DNA from: Paraphysomonas bandaiensis
Lineage: Eukaryota > Protista > Chrysophyceae
NCBI GenBank assembly: GCA_965644295.1
Contig: CBFFRP010000419.1
Span: 124,001 to 188,000 of the forward strand
DNA: 64,000 nt
Reading direction: 5' to 3'
Both the position numbers and the translations under genes were made by a program. The stretch's first letter is position 1; every line of letters begins with the position of its first letter. This document shows, in pieces, positions 63,071 through 64,000 of this stretch. The notes beneath the pieces were generated by a model. The model was not told the origin of the DNA. It ran no database searches and saw only the letters and a program-made list of their open reading frames with translations.

Positions 63071-64000
63071 CTACTGTTTCCCTTCCTCCTTCTTCTTCTC
63101 AGTGTACTCGGCCTCAGTCGCATCCTTATCATCCTTGGGGGCCTCTCCCTCAGCAGAAGCCTCTCCATCTCCACCCTTTTTGTACATGGCCTCACCAATC
63201 TTCATGGAGGCTGCACTTAAAGCAGCAGACTTCTCCTTGATAACTTCTAGGTCAGAGGTACTATCGAGTGCCTTAGCTTCCTCAAGTGCCTTCTCAATCT
63301 CAGCCTTGGTATCAGCATCAACCTTATCTGAGTGTTCTGACAAGTTCTTCCCAACAGAGTGAATGAGGCTACAAACAAATAGTTAAACAAAGAAATATCT
63401 CCATTTACTTCACACATACCTGTCGAGTTCATTTCTGGCCTCGACCGACTCTCTTCTCTTCTGATCTGCTGCCTGGTTGGCCTCGGCGTCCTTGATCATG
63501 TCTTCAATAGCAGACTCCGAGAGACCACCACTGCTCTGGATGACAATGCGTTGCTCTTTGTTGGTAGCCTTGTCTTTGGCACTGACATGGAGAATACCAT
63601 CGGCATCAATGTCGAAAGACACTTCAATCTGTGGCATACCGCGGGGGGCAGGAGGGATACCTAGTCGACAAATTAAAACATATACTCTATTCAAAACAAT
63701 CTACTCACCAACAAGCTCAAATTCGCCAAGCTTCTTATTATCAGCGGCCATCTCTCTCTCTCCCTGCAGAACGGTAATCTGGACCTGGGTCTGGCTGTCA
63801 GCAGCAGTGGAGAAAGTCTGAGTCTTCTTGGTGGGAATGGTAGTGTTACGGTTAATTAAGCGAGTGAAGACGCCTCCAAGAGTTTCAAGGCCGAGAGAAA
63901 GTGGGGTAACATCAAGGAGAAGGATGTCCTTGACATCTCCGCGGAGGACACCACCCTGGATAGCAGCTCCCATAGCAACAACCTCATCAGGGTTAACTCC
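63071..64000 (-). CDS. HSPA9: Mitochondrial Hsp70 (DnaK-type), 3' part; truncated by the window
   Basis: [51 protein letters not shown] and IQSSGGLS; no EEVD or HDEL terminus. Confidence 0.9.

Noticed and set aside
1-64000. tRNA/rRNA genes
   Set aside because: None recognised by eye; a tRNAscan-SE or Infernal run would be needed to exclude them.

Overview
Gene-dense eukaryotic DNA with many short (mostly about 45-60 nt) GT-AG introns. Gene content and the oomycete-like hAT motif suggest a stramenopile protist, but this is inference only. About 18 host genes are present: NDUFA5, mitochondrial uL22, a USP40-like DUB, an F-box/LRR protein, a Nudix hydrolase, a TRA2/SR45a-like RRM protein, an EamA transporter, VMA21, a GT14 glycosyltransferase, a ubiquitin-like fusion, an SDR, an OTU DUB, a sirtuin, a 2OG-Fe(II) oxygenase, FolC/FPGS, a partial mitochondrial Hsp70 and three unknown proteins. 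The largest mobile structure is a 9.3-kb element (41639-50932) with near-identical 1,235-bp terminal inverted repeats and a TATC target-site duplication. An intact, very young Ty1/Copia (43636-49263) is nested inside it, with identical 258-bp LTRs and non-canonical TA...TT termini. There are also hAT and Gypsy relics, a Harbinger-like palindromic MITE and two long (TATG)n arrays in divergent promoters. The most striking oddity is a ubiquitin fold split by an internal ~160-aa DUF1399/GRDP-like domain and ending in GC rather than GG (36604-37320). Family assignments come from motif recognition by eye, not database searches, and exon boundaries are manual estimates.
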